Origin: Spirochaetaceae bacterium
Lineage (GTDB): Bacteria > Spirochaetota > Spirochaetia > DSM-27196 > Alkalispirochaetaceae
DNA length: 64,000 nucleotides
Assembly (NCBI GenBank): GCA_046541355.1
Contig: JBKHDM010000001.1
Location: 1,014-65,013, forward strand
Direction: 5' to 3'
Numbering within the stretch: the first letter of the stretch is position 1; each line of letters begins with the position of its first letter. Made by a program: the position numbers and the translations under genes. Of this stretch, positions 43,655 through 52,506 are shown in pieces. The notes under the pieces are model-generated. The model saw nothing but the letters and a program-made list of their open reading frames with translations. It was not told the origin of the DNA and made no database searches.

Positions 43655-45187
43655 TTATCGGTCGTGGTACCCTTCACCGGTCCTGATGTAGTCGATAAGC
43701 CTGAACAGCATATTCCCGAAGAGGGCAACACTCACCCCCAGGGTGGCGTAGTAGCTGTAAAAGAGCGTGTTCGCCTGGTCCAGGCGCTCCTCGGCCTCCT
43801 GCGTCGAGAGCCCGGTGCGGGTGCTCCCGTCGGGGAAAAGCGTCGTGAGGTTACCGTAAACGCCGTTGAGAATGATAGGGGCGGGGAGCGAGAGGACGAA
43901 CCATCCGAAGGAGCGGTAGAAGCGCTCCCTCTTCTCTTCCACAACATCCTCCCAGACGATCTGCCGGGGCAGCAGCTCTCTGCGAAGCAGCGTCGGGGAG
44001 GCGGGGGAGAGCAAGAGCTGGGAGTCGTAGTAATCCTCGAGGGAGAGGCGAACCTGCCGCTGTTCCGGCGGACGCTCGAGAAGAAAGGGGGTGACCCCCT
44101 GCCAGCGCGAATCAACGTAGATATCTGCCCCGGGGGGGTCGGTGACCAGGGAGACGTAGCCGGTCCGGGGTGAGGGAATGGTTATCTCGATACGGTTCTC
44201 CCCGGAGAGGCCCACCAGAACCGTCCGCTCGATCGGCTCGATCGCCGGGTGGATCACCCGCACCTCCCGGGCGCCGAGGGGCAGGATCGGCACGGTCAGA
44301 GAGCCGAAACCCTGGGAGACTCCATCGACGATGACCTCACCCCGGCCGGGTTCGAAACCGGTGAGGTCGACGGTGAGCGAGGCCACCGGACGGCCCGCCA
44401 CAAGCGTCCGGGTCGCCTGGATCAGCTCATCGAGATTGGTCGGAAACTCCTCGGCGAGGGAGGCGGTACTGCCGAGCAGGCGCTCCCGGCGGAGGTGGTA
44501 GTTGTACTCGTAGAGGGTCAAAAAGAGGTACTCGTCGCTGCGCTCGAGCTCACCGTAGATGACGAGGTCCGCCTCCGACTCCTCCGCCCGACCCTCAAGA
44601 TCGAAGACCCTGGAGAACTCCGGCTCCTCCTGGGAGAGAAGCTCCACAGCTTTCTCCCGGGCGACCTCGACTCTCCCGGGGTCGGTCGCCTCGATCCGGC
44701 GAAGCAGCGCCTCCGCCTCATCGATCTGCCCGGCGAGCTCGACCGCCCGCTCCTCCCGGGCGAGATCGCCCTCCGCCTCAAAGGGTAGCAGCTCCAACTC
44801 CCGGCTCAGCTCGTGGAGCTCTTCGACGTTCTCCAGTCGAAGCTCCTCGAGGCGCCCCCGGGCGAGGGCGAGGCGCTCGTTGCGGCTGAGCTGGTGCGTC
44901 TCGACCGGCTCGAGAGCGTCGATGAGCAGCTGAGGTATACCGGTTGCCACGCCGAGGAGCTCCCGGTCGGCGAGATTCGTCTGGACGCCGAGAACTTCCA
45001 CTCTCCAGAACTCACGAGTATCCTCGGGCAGCTCGTCCCCGGGCAGCTCCTGCTCCGCCGGGAGGGGCGAGACGGTGAGCAGGAGCAGCGCCACCGAGAG
45101 AGGCAGGGCGGCCCTACTGCGCCGAGGCGTGCTCTCGCTGCCAGCTCTGCCGAAGGTACGCTTCGATAAAATCATCAATTGCGCCAT
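43655..45187 (-). CDS. Secreted/membrane protein with a PEGA domain
   Basis: 510 aa. Signal peptide, an acidic coiled region, a PEGA-like motif (TDPPGADIYVDSRWQGVTPF), and C-terminal TM segments. Its 5' end overlaps the prfB 3' end by 74 nt. Confidence 0.6.
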   Translation of the reverse strand: MAQLMILSKRTFGRAGSESTPRRSRAALPLSVALLLLTVSPLPAEQELPGDELPEDTREFWRVEVLGVQTNLADRELLGVATGIPQLLIDALEPVETHQLSRNERLALARGRLEELRLENVEELHELSRELELLPFEAEGDLAREERAVELAGQIDEAEALLRRIEATDPGRVEVAREKAVELLSQEEPEFSRVFDLEGRAEESEADLVIYGELERSDEYLFLTLYEYNYHLRRERLLGSTASLAEEFPTNLDELIQATRTLVAGRPVASLTVDLTGFEPGRGEVIVDGVSQGFGSLTVPILPLGAREVRVIHPAIEPIERTVLVGLSGENRIEITIPSPRTGYVSLVTDPPGADIYVDSRWQGVTPFLLERPPEQRQVRLSLEDYYDSQLLLSPASPTLLRRELLPRQIVWEDVVEEKRERFYRSFGWFVLSLPAPIILNGVYGNLTTLFPDGSTRTGLSTQEAEERLDQANTLFYSYYATLGVSVALFGNMLFRLIDYIRTGEGYHDR

Positions 45188-46230
45188 CCATCACCGCCTG
45201 GACGTTGCCGGTTTCCGTCTCTGTCCGGTGGTCCTTTACCATGGTGTAGGGCTGGAAGACGTAGGAGCGGATCTGGTGTCCCCAGGCAATATCCTTTTTC
45301 TCCGCTGCCGAGGCGGAGCGCTCCTCATCCTGCTTCTGCCGGTAGTACTCGTAAAGCCGGGACTGGAGCACCTTCATCGCCATCTCCCGGTTCTTGTGCT
45401 GGCTCCGCTCGTTCTGACACTGCACGACGATACCTGTCTCGAGGTGAGTCATCCGCACCGCCGAGTCGGTCTTGTTTACGTGCTGACCACCGGCGCCGCT
45501 TGCCCGGTAGGTGTCGACCCGGAGGTCCTCAGGCCGGATGTCGATGACGATGTCATCCTCTATGACCGGGGAGACGTAGACCGAGGCGAAGGAGGTGTGG
45601 CGACGGCCTCCGGAGTCGAAGGGAGAGATCCGCACCAGACGGTGGATTCCGCCCTCAGCCTTGAGGTAACCGAAGGCGTACGCCCCGTCCACCTGGATCG
45701 TCACCGACTTGACCCCGCCCTCGGCCTCCTGGAGGTCGATAATCGTCGTTTTATACCCCTTGTTCTCGCACCAGCGCAGGTACATCCGCATGAGCATGCT
45801 CACCCAGTCGCACGCCTCGGTGCCGCCGGCACCGGAATGAATGGTAAGAAAGGCGGAGGCGTCGTCGTGCTCATCCTTTAGAAGCTCCAGAACCCGGAGC
45901 TTCTCGTGGCGAGCCTGCAACGCTTCGAGGGTGGCGCGAATCTCCGGTTCCACCGCGCTGTCCTGCTCCTCCTGAGCGAGCTGGAGAAGCTCGGCGAGTT
46001 CTTCCGCCTCGCTTTTGAGCTGCTCCCACGGCTCGAGGCGATCCTTGAGGCGCTTGAGCTTGGAGAGACTCTTTTCGGCATACTCCCGGTCGTTCCAGAA
46101 GTCCGGTCGAGCGGTCTCGGTCTCGATTTCGGCTATCTCGTTTCTGACCCTCTCAGGGTCAAAGATGCCTCCAGGTGGAGTAGATTTCCTCTTTCAGTTC
46201 CTCGATGGGACCGCTTAGTTCCTGCAACAT
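45114..46230 (-). CDS. prfB: Peptide chain release factor 2, with programmed +1 ribosomal frameshift
   Basis: The ATG at 46230 follows GGAGGA. Frame 0 is MLQELSGPIEELKEEIYSTWRHL, then TGA. Shifting +1 at CTT-TGA-C continues as DPERVRNEIAEIE... into ORF 45114..45953, which carries SPF (RISPFDS) and GGQ (GAGGQHVNK). Segment lengths are 69 nt and 1047 nt, both multiples of 3. Confidence 0.9.
46159..46164 (-). other. prfB: RF2 autoregulatory +1 frameshift site CTT TGA C
   Basis: The minus strand reads TGGAGGCATCTTTGACCC. An internal SD-like GGAGG sits 3 nt upstream of the CTT slippery codon, with an in-frame TGA at codon 24. Confidence 0.9.
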
Positions 46231-46346
46231 GTAATCCTCCCATGGGGTGAGGAGTATAGCAGGTAGGAGGGCACCCTTTCCAGAGAGTGGTAATTCCGGG
46301 AGATTGACGGTGTGGACAGGGTGGAGATCTGCCGATTATAGTAGGG

Positions 46347-47615
46347 ATGACGTTTATGAAATCGACAGTCCTGGGCACGGTAATCGCGCTTTTTTTTCTT
46401 GCGGCCTCACTGCTGTTTGCTCAGGAGAGTGGTATCGGAGTTCCCGAGGATCAGACCGACGTCTTTGCACCCTTTGTATCCCGCCTGCGGGTCGCGATTC
46501 GGGAACCCCAGGTACGCCTCACCTGGCAGGACGCCGGGGAGATTGAAGGCGCCTACCGGGTCTACCGCAACGAGGAAGAGATCGATGAGCGCACCTTTGC
46601 AGATGCGCAGCTCCTGGCAACCGTGGAGGCGGGCAGTGAGACCTATCTCGACACTCCCCCGGGGCCGGGAGAGTATTACTACGCCGTACTGACCGAGTCG
46701 GAGGAGGGGGAACCCTTCAGGATCTTTATCCCCTTCCGGAACAAGACGATCGAGCCTGCGGTACTTACCGAGACCAGCGCTGGAGAGGACCTCGCCGCCC
46801 GGGTCTTTAATCTCACCGCCCGGGTCGTCGGAAACGGCATCGAGCTTACCTATGACGCCTCCCGAAACGGTCGGGAGCTCGCCGTCTACCGCTCAACGGT
46901 ACCGATCCGGGGGTTCGAATCCCTCGAGGCGGCTACCCGCATCGCAGTCCTTGAAAGCATAGAGAGGCGATACGTCGATTATCCGGTTCCCGGCGTCCCC
47001 TACTACTACGCCGTGTTCGATACCGCCGAGGTGGATGCCCAGGAGCTCACCCTGGCCTCGGGAGAAAACCTCCTCGCAGACCCTGCGGAGGTTCGCATCA
47101 ACCCGACCCGTCCCACCGTGGAGTTTCCGCCCCGGGCGTCCCGACGGGGGACTCCCCTCCCCCTGCTCCAGCTCGCCACCGGCTCGGTCACCACGGCGAG
47201 TGCGGAGCTTTCCAGGATTCCCTCGCCCCGGAGTCTCGACCCCCTAACCCGGGAGGCCCTCGACCGGATCCTCGTCTCCGTCGGAGAACCGGAGATGCCT
47301 CGATTAGAGCCGGTGATCCTCCCGACCGAGCGGGTCGCCGACGCCCGGGGGACGAGCGCCACCCTCACCGAAATCATCCAGGATGAGTTTGCCCGGGGCG
47401 CCTACGACACCGCGTCGCAGCTTTTGTCCAATCTGCTGTCCATCACCCTCGAAGAGGAGCTCGCCGCCCGGGCACGGTTCTACCTCGGACAGAGCCAGTA
47501 CTTCAGCGGGGAGTATCGAAACGCCTTTCTCTCCTTTCTCCTCGCCGAGGAGGCGTATCACTCTGAGGTGACCCCCTGGATGGACGCGATTCTCACCCTG
47601 CTCACCGAAGAGTAA
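46347..47615 (+). CDS. Secreted protein with two FN3-like repeats and a C-terminal TPR-like region
   Basis: 422 aa. Signal peptide (VIALFFLAASLLFAQ), a repeated YRVYRNEE.../ELAVYRST... module ending in YYYAV, and a helical C-terminus. Confidence 0.5.
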   Translation: MTFMKSTVLGTVIALFFLAASLLFAQESGIGVPEDQTDVFAPFVSRLRVAIREPQVRLTWQDAGEIEGAYRVYRNEEEIDERTFADAQLLATVEAGSETYLDTPPGPGEYYYAVLTESEEGEPFRIFIPFRNKTIEPAVLTETSAGEDLAARVFNLTARVVGNGIELTYDASRNGRELAVYRSTVPIRGFESLEAATRIAVLESIERRYVDYPVPGVPYYYAVFDTAEVDAQELTLASGENLLADPAEVRINPTRPTVEFPPRASRRGTPLPLLQLATGSVTTASAELSRIPSPRSLDPLTREALDRILVSVGEPEMPRLEPVILPTERVADARGTSATLTEIIQDEFARGAYDTASQLLSNLLSITLEEELAARARFYLGQSQYFSGEYRNAFLSFLLAEEAYHSEVTPWMDAILTLLTEE

Positions 47616-47732
47616 ACGCCCCCTTCTGTCCAAAGAGTACACGACCGACCCCCACCTCTCCGCCCGGCCCCCGGGGGTAGTCTTACCGCCTCGGGCCCGC
47701 TTCAAGTTTCCGGTGGTGGGGAGGGCTGGGGA

Positions 47733-49670
47733 TCAGAGGGTTTTTATGGAGAGTTTGAGGGTCGTGCTCCAGCTCTCACCAGGGGGGAGGCTGAGATCGT
47801 AGAGCGGAAGGACGCAGTTCGCCGAGTAGTAGGCGAGGACACCCGTGGAGCCGCGGCCGACGGTGTAGACCGGGAAGCTCCAGAAAGTCGCCTTTCCCTC
47901 GGGGGCGAGGGTTATCGACGCACCGCAGAACAGATCGTTGAACTGCACATCCAGGGCGTCGGGAAACTCCGTCGCCTCCGGCGCCCGTTCCGCCGCCCTG
48001 CTTCCCCGCTCCCGAACCAGAATCCGAAGGTCCTCGACCTCGGCGGAGCGAAAAGAGAGATTGACCTCCGGGGCGAAACGGCTCTCGAGGGGCTCCTGGC
48101 CACGGTTGGTAATCGTATAGCTCACCGAGAGCCCGGAGCGGTTGAAGGCGTAGCCCTTCTCCACCAGGACCGGCAGCTCCTCTCCTTCGGTGCGGACGCT
48201 GCCCTCCCTGGTAAAGCTGATCGTGCCGTGATCCTTGTCGAGGTCTCCCACCTCGTAGGGAGTCTCCACGAAGCTGCCGAGTTCCTCAAACCTTCCGGCG
48301 GCGAAGCTCTCGAGGCTGCTTCCCAAAGGCAGAAAGCGATCGACAAAGGCGTTGCGTTGGTGCAGGTCGTAACCGATCGTTTCAACCTCGGAGCCGTGAA
48401 ACGGCTCAGGCCGTCTGCTCATCGTATCGAGATAGTTCCACGGCTTTCGTAGATGGTCGAGCTCAAAGAGGGTGCCGCCCCTGAGATGGAGGTAGGCGTT
48501 GACCTCCTGTCCCTGGTAGAGGTACTCCTCCCGGCCGTCCATGTCAAAGTCCACCCGGACGATCGAAGGAATAAAGATCCCCTTCTGCCGGGTGGTTTTC
48601 TCAGCCTCGATCAGCGCAGCGTAGGCGCTTTTTCTCAACTCGTTGCGGTATATCCCCCCGGAGGGATTGAGCCAGTAGGCGTGATGCGCCTGGCCGCGCC
48701 AGAGGTCTTCCCGGGCGCTGAGCTTCCGGGACTTGTCTCCCCGGACCTGGTTAACCAGCACGTGGGTGTACTGCATCTTCGAGTAGAGGAGATTGCTCTC
48801 GGGGTACATCGTGAGCAACCGCCGGTAGGTGGCGCTCCCGTCGGACTCCTCCGGCTTGATCCAGGTGAGAAGCTCACCCTGCGAGCTGGTCTGGAAGTAG
48901 ATCCGCCTCGACGGGGTCATGGTGCGGTGGTAATAGCCGGGGCGTACCACGTCGAACCACTCCTTGTTCCCCTCCAGCTCCTTGAGCAGCTTTTCGAACC
49001 AGCCGAGGTCGATGAGGTTTCCATCGGGAAGAAAGGTAAACACCGCCCCCTCCACACCGTAGGCGCGCTCCCTGAGTCGCTCGAGAAACAGGACAGGGTC
49101 TACCCCCGCGAGCATCTGCTCTTCGAGGTCCCGGTGGATTGGAAAGACGGTGACCGTTTTTCCCTCGTCTTCGGTGAGACAGGGAAGGGTATAGTCATCG
49201 AGGTAGCCGTCGCTGCGGTGAAAACTCATCGCGTCGAGAAAGGTGTACTCGATGCCGCAGCTGCTCAGATTGGACGCGAGGGGCTGGTCCCAGATCCCCT
49301 CGGTGATCCAGGCGCCCCGGGGGCGTCGCCCGAAGCGCTTTCGCAGAAAAGCGGTCATCGCCTCGATCTGACCGAGGCGATCCTGCTTGGGAATCAGCGG
49401 AATTATCGGGTCGAAGAAGGCGCCGCCGATCAGCTCAACCTGCTTTCGTGCGGTCATCTCCGCGAGGACGTCGGTAAACTCGGAGTGGTTCTTTTCGATC
49501 CAGTTTAGAACGATACCTGAGTAGTGAAGGGTAAACCGGACCGACGGATAGTTGTACAGAAGCCGGAGAAACGGTTTGTACTGTTTGTCATACACGGCTT
49601 CCATCTCACCGTCCGCCGCACCCTGGGGCTGACAGCTGCTGGCACCGAGAATCAGGTACACTCTACTCAT
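47733..49670 (-). CDS. Glycoside hydrolase family 57 protein (alpha-glucan-active enzyme)
   Basis: 645 aa. The N-terminal region (YKPFLRLLYNYPSVRFTLHYSGIVLNWIEKNH...ELIGGAFFDPIIPLIP) resembles the GH57 catalytic domain. Confidence 0.75.
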   Translation of the reverse strand: MSRVYLILGASSCQPQGAADGEMEAVYDKQYKPFLRLLYNYPSVRFTLHYSGIVLNWIEKNHSEFTDVLAEMTARKQVELIGGAFFDPIIPLIPKQDRLGQIEAMTAFLRKRFGRRPRGAWITEGIWDQPLASNLSSCGIEYTFLDAMSFHRSDGYLDDYTLPCLTEDEGKTVTVFPIHRDLEEQMLAGVDPVLFLERLRERAYGVEGAVFTFLPDGNLIDLGWFEKLLKELEGNKEWFDVVRPGYYHRTMTPSRRIYFQTSSQGELLTWIKPEESDGSATYRRLLTMYPESNLLYSKMQYTHVLVNQVRGDKSRKLSAREDLWRGQAHHAYWLNPSGGIYRNELRKSAYAALIEAEKTTRQKGIFIPSIVRVDFDMDGREEYLYQGQEVNAYLHLRGGTLFELDHLRKPWNYLDTMSRRPEPFHGSEVETIGYDLHQRNAFVDRFLPLGSSLESFAAGRFEELGSFVETPYEVGDLDKDHGTISFTREGSVRTEGEELPVLVEKGYAFNRSGLSVSYTITNRGQEPLESRFAPEVNLSFRSAEVEDLRILVRERGSRAAERAPEATEFPDALDVQFNDLFCGASITLAPEGKATFWSFPVYTVGRGSTGVLAYYSANCVLPLYDLSLPPGESWSTTLKLSIKTL

Positions 49671-49724
49671 GCGATTTCAGTGAATCGAAGTCTAATTGCT
49701 CCGTAGGCCGATGTAAAGGCAATC

Positions 49725-50321
49725 TTACCAGCTTCCGAGAAGTCGCAGGAGCAGGAGCTTGTCGAACGCGTGGAAGGCGAGGGAAAAGAGTCCCGCCGAG
49801 ATGAGGACGATCGGGCCGCCCCGAAAGGAGGGGGGTATCTCCTCGAACTCAAGGCGCTCCCGCACCGCCGCCAGACCGACCACCGCGAGGAGAAATCCGA
49901 CCCCCGCGGCGAGGGCCGCGAGGAGACTCTCTGCGAAGCCGTAGGACCGGTAGGAGGAGATGAGCAGAACGCCGAAGAGGGAGGCGTTGGCCACAACGAG
50001 AACATAGTATCGTTGGAGCACAGCGACCCGGTCGGGCATCCAGTGGCGGAGGAGTGAAAAAATAAGCCTGCTCACCGTGGCGATAAGCAGGGCGAAGACC
50101 ACCAGCTCGAGGTAGGAGGCGCCGAGGGGGATAAGGATCAGCTCACGGACCGCCCAGCCGAGTATCGAGAGCAGCGCCATCAGGGCGGTCAGGGCGACAG
50201 AGAGGTAAAAGGCGAGGCGACTGTTCCGGGTGGCACTGAGAAAGGGGCAGATCCCGAGAAAGTTTGTGAGCACGACGTTTTCCACAAAGATGAAGGTGAG
50301 CATCACCGAGACGTAGCTCAT
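49725..50321 (-). CDS. rnfA: Rnf complex subunit A
   Basis: 198 aa with 6 TM segments. VENVVLTNFLGICPFL and the C-terminal VRERLEFEEIPPSFRGGPIVLISAGLFSLAF align with E. coli RsxA. Confidence 0.85.
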   Translation of the reverse strand: MSYVSVMLTFIFVENVVLTNFLGICPFLSATRNSRLAFYLSVALTALMALLSILGWAVRELILIPLGASYLELVVFALLIATVSRLIFSLLRHWMPDRVAVLQRYYVLVVANASLFGVLLISSYRSYGFAESLLAALAAGVGFLLAVVGLAAVRERLEFEEIPPSFRGGPIVLISAGLFSLAFHAFDKLLLLRLLGSW

Positions 50322-50932
50322 GTCTCCTCCCCCTCCCGGGTCGAGTTCATCGTCTGTTTCTGGTAGAGCGCGCGGAGGTAACCGAGGAGCATGAATCCTC
50401 CCGCAAGATGGCCGACGAGCCTGAGGGGCCCTCCCGGCAGAAGCGTTACCACCTGTCCTCCCTCGAGACTCAGGGAGAATGAGAGGGTCCCGAAGGCAAG
50501 GATCTCCCGGAGGGCGGAGATAAAAAGCAGCGCTCCCGCGTAGCCGAGGGCGCGACCGAAGCCTCCGGCAAGGATTTCGCCGAAACTCTCACCCCGGAGG
50601 CGGGTGGAGTAGAGGATGACGCAGTTTACCGCGAGGATGGGCAGGTAGATCCAGAGCTTGTCGTGGATGTACGGGTTGGTCAGCTCCAGAACCCGACTGA
50701 AGAGGGTAACGTAGGTAGCCATCACCAGGAAACTTGCCGTCAGGGCTGAGCGACTCAAGAGATACCGGCGCAGGGGGTAGAGGGTCGCCGTCGAGGCGAG
50801 GCTCACCACCACCACCCCGAGGCCGATCACAAAACCGTAGATCAGATGAGTACTCACCATGAGCGCCGGGGCGAGCCCGGCGAGTCGGGCGATCAGCGGG
50901 TTTTCCCGGAACAGTCCGTCTCGGATAGTCAC
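50318..50932 (-). CDS. rnfE: Rnf complex subunit E
   Basis: 204 aa. [17 protein letters not shown] and YLPILAVNCVIL align with RsxE motifs. It has a 4-nt overlap with rnfA. Confidence 0.8.
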   Translation of the reverse strand: MTIRDGLFRENPLIARLAGLAPALMVSTHLIYGFVIGLGVVVVSLASTATLYPLRRYLLSRSALTASFLVMATYVTLFSRVLELTNPYIHDKLWIYLPILAVNCVILYSTRLRGESFGEILAGGFGRALGYAGALLFISALREILAFGTLSFSLSLEGGQVVTLLPGGPLRLVGHLAGGFMLLGYLRALYQKQTMNSTREGEET

Positions 50933-50935
50933 AAT

Positions 50936-51424
50936 CTACTCTCCCCGGAGGTGGCGCCCGGCGACAACCACCCCCTCACTCATCGCGTTGAGGGTAACCA
51001 TCGCGCCCGCGCCCAGCTCAGTCGGCTCCCGGCGCCCCTGGAGGAGCGCAAGGAGTTCCTCCGGGTCCCGGAGAAACTGATCGTACCTCGGGCTCTCCGC
51101 GTCCCGCAAAAGCGCGACCCCCGTCGGCTCCCCCCTTCGGTCGAGGGCAACAAGAAACCGGAGCTCCTCCCGATAGCCGGTAACGATCACTTCGTAGAGC
51201 GCCCCTCCCTCCTCCAGTACAATCCGCCGGCCGAGGCTCCCGGTGTCGATACGCTCAGGGCTCCCCGGGGTAGTGTCTCCGGAGAGCGAGGCTACCGCCC
51301 GCTGAAAGCGCATCTCCCGGTGGGCCGAAACGGCGGATTCGGTCATCCAGTGGACCAGGACGACCAGGAGTACCGCGACAAGGGCGATGAGCGCCACAAC
51401 CGCGAGATCCCGGAACTCTCTCAT
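50936..51424 (-). CDS. rnfG: Rnf complex subunit G (short, with a non-canonical FMN-attachment motif)
   Basis: 162 aa. N-terminal TM and an FMN_bind-like domain (YEVIVTGYREELRFLVALD...). Its position between rnfD and rnfE supports the call. Confidence 0.7.
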   Translation of the reverse strand: MREFRDLAVVALIALVAVLLVVLVHWMTESAVSAHREMRFQRAVASLSGDTTPGSPERIDTGSLGRRIVLEEGGALYEVIVTGYREELRFLVALDRRGEPTGVALLRDAESPRYDQFLRDPEELLALLQGRREPTELGAGAMVTLNAMSEGVVVAGRHLRGE

Positions 51425-52506
51425 CCCGCCCCCCTGCCGGAGCCGTAGAGCCGGGGCATCGTATACCGGTCGACCAGGGGCACGACCATGTTGGCAAGGA
51501 GAATGGCGAGCATCACCGCGTGGACCCCGTCGCCGAAGAGCCGCAGGAGCGCCGCGAGGACCCCGGCGAGGATTCCGTAGACGACCATCCCCGGGGTGGT
51601 CAACGGGGCGGAGACCGTCTCGGTCGCCACAAAGAGTGCCCCGAGGATCGCACCGCCGGTTGTGAGATGAAAGAGTATGTCACCGGTAAAAAGGGGCGCT
51701 CCATAGGGCAGACCACCGAGGAGATAGATGAGCAGGGAGAAGCTTGTAAGAAAAAAGAAGGGAATTACCGAAGAGATGATCGTCCGGCCGAGGAGAAAAA
51801 CACTTCCGAGCAGCAGCAGCGCCACCGAGGCGCCTCCGATCGAGGAGGGGACGTTACCGAGAAAGAGATCCGCGTACCCCGCCGGGATGCGCACGCCGAG
51901 AAACTCGCCACCGACGTTGTTAATGAGGCGGGTGACCTGCTCATCGAGGGGTGTGGTACCGTGGGGGGCGAGGCGGTAATACGCCTCGCCGAGGCGAGTC
52001 GCGCTTTCCACGCTCGCCCCGGTAAGCAGCTGCAGAGGCGCCTGGTACCCCTCGGATGGGCCGCCGAGCAGCCGCGGCAGCATCCAGCTTCCGCCAAAAG
52101 AGGGAAAGGAGACTACCGCAAAGACGTAACCTCCGGCGATCGGGTTGACCCAGTAGGATCCGGTCCCACCGAAGGTCCACTTGATCACCGCCATGGAAAA
52201 GAGGGTCGCCGCTGCCGCGGCGTAGATCGGGGTCCCGGGAGGAAAGGCCGCGGCGAGGAGGAGGCCGATCATCACCCCGTTTCCGTCTGCCAGGGAGCCG
52301 CGATTGAGGAGCATTGAAAAGAGAAGCTCTGCGAGGATTGCCACAAAGAGGGTTGTCCCGACAAGGGCGAAAGCGGGGGTGCCGTACTGGTAGATCCCCC
52401 ACCCCACCGACGGGAGCACGGCGAGGGCGGTGCCCCACATGATTTTCGGCGTCGTGAGCATGTCGTACTGCTGGGGCGGGAAAGCTGAGGTGAGATAACT
52501 GGTCAT
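51421..52506 (-). CDS. rnfD: Rnf complex subunit D
   Basis: An internal ATG at 52506 forms an ATGA overlap with the rnfC stop. It is polytopic. HGTTPLD matches the (S/T)GATPLD flavinylation site context. Confidence 0.85.
   Translation of the reverse strand: MTSYLTSAFPPQQYDMLTTPKIMWGTALAVLPSVGWGIYQYGTPAFALVGTTLFVAILAELLFSMLLNRGSLADGNGVMIGLLLAAAFPPGTPIYAAAAATLFSMAVIKWTFGGTGSYWVNPIAGGYVFAVVSFPSFGGSWMLPRLLGGPSEGYQAPLQLLTGASVESATRLGEAYYRLAPHGTTPLDEQVTRLINNVGGEFLGVRIPAGYADLFLGNVPSSIGGASVALLLLGSVFLLGRTIISSVIPFFFLTSFSLLIYLLGGLPYGAPLFTGDILFHLTTGGAILGALFVATETVSAPLTTPGMVVYGILAGVLAALLRLFGDGVHAVMLAILLANMVVPLVDRYTMPRLYGSGRGAG

Noticed and set aside
45878-46081. 67-aa minus-strand ORF upstream of the truncated prfB ORF
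   Set aside because: It is out of frame relative to both RF2 segments. It is fully explained by the prfB +1 frameshift architecture.
48453-49508. 351-aa plus-strand ORF. The same applies to 54188..55306, 10186..11259, 12741..13799 and 29586..30749.
   Set aside because: All are antisense to genes with clear family signatures (GH57, membrane protein, VWA, MoxR/protease, sbcC). Their composition is typical of non-coding frames in high-GC DNA.
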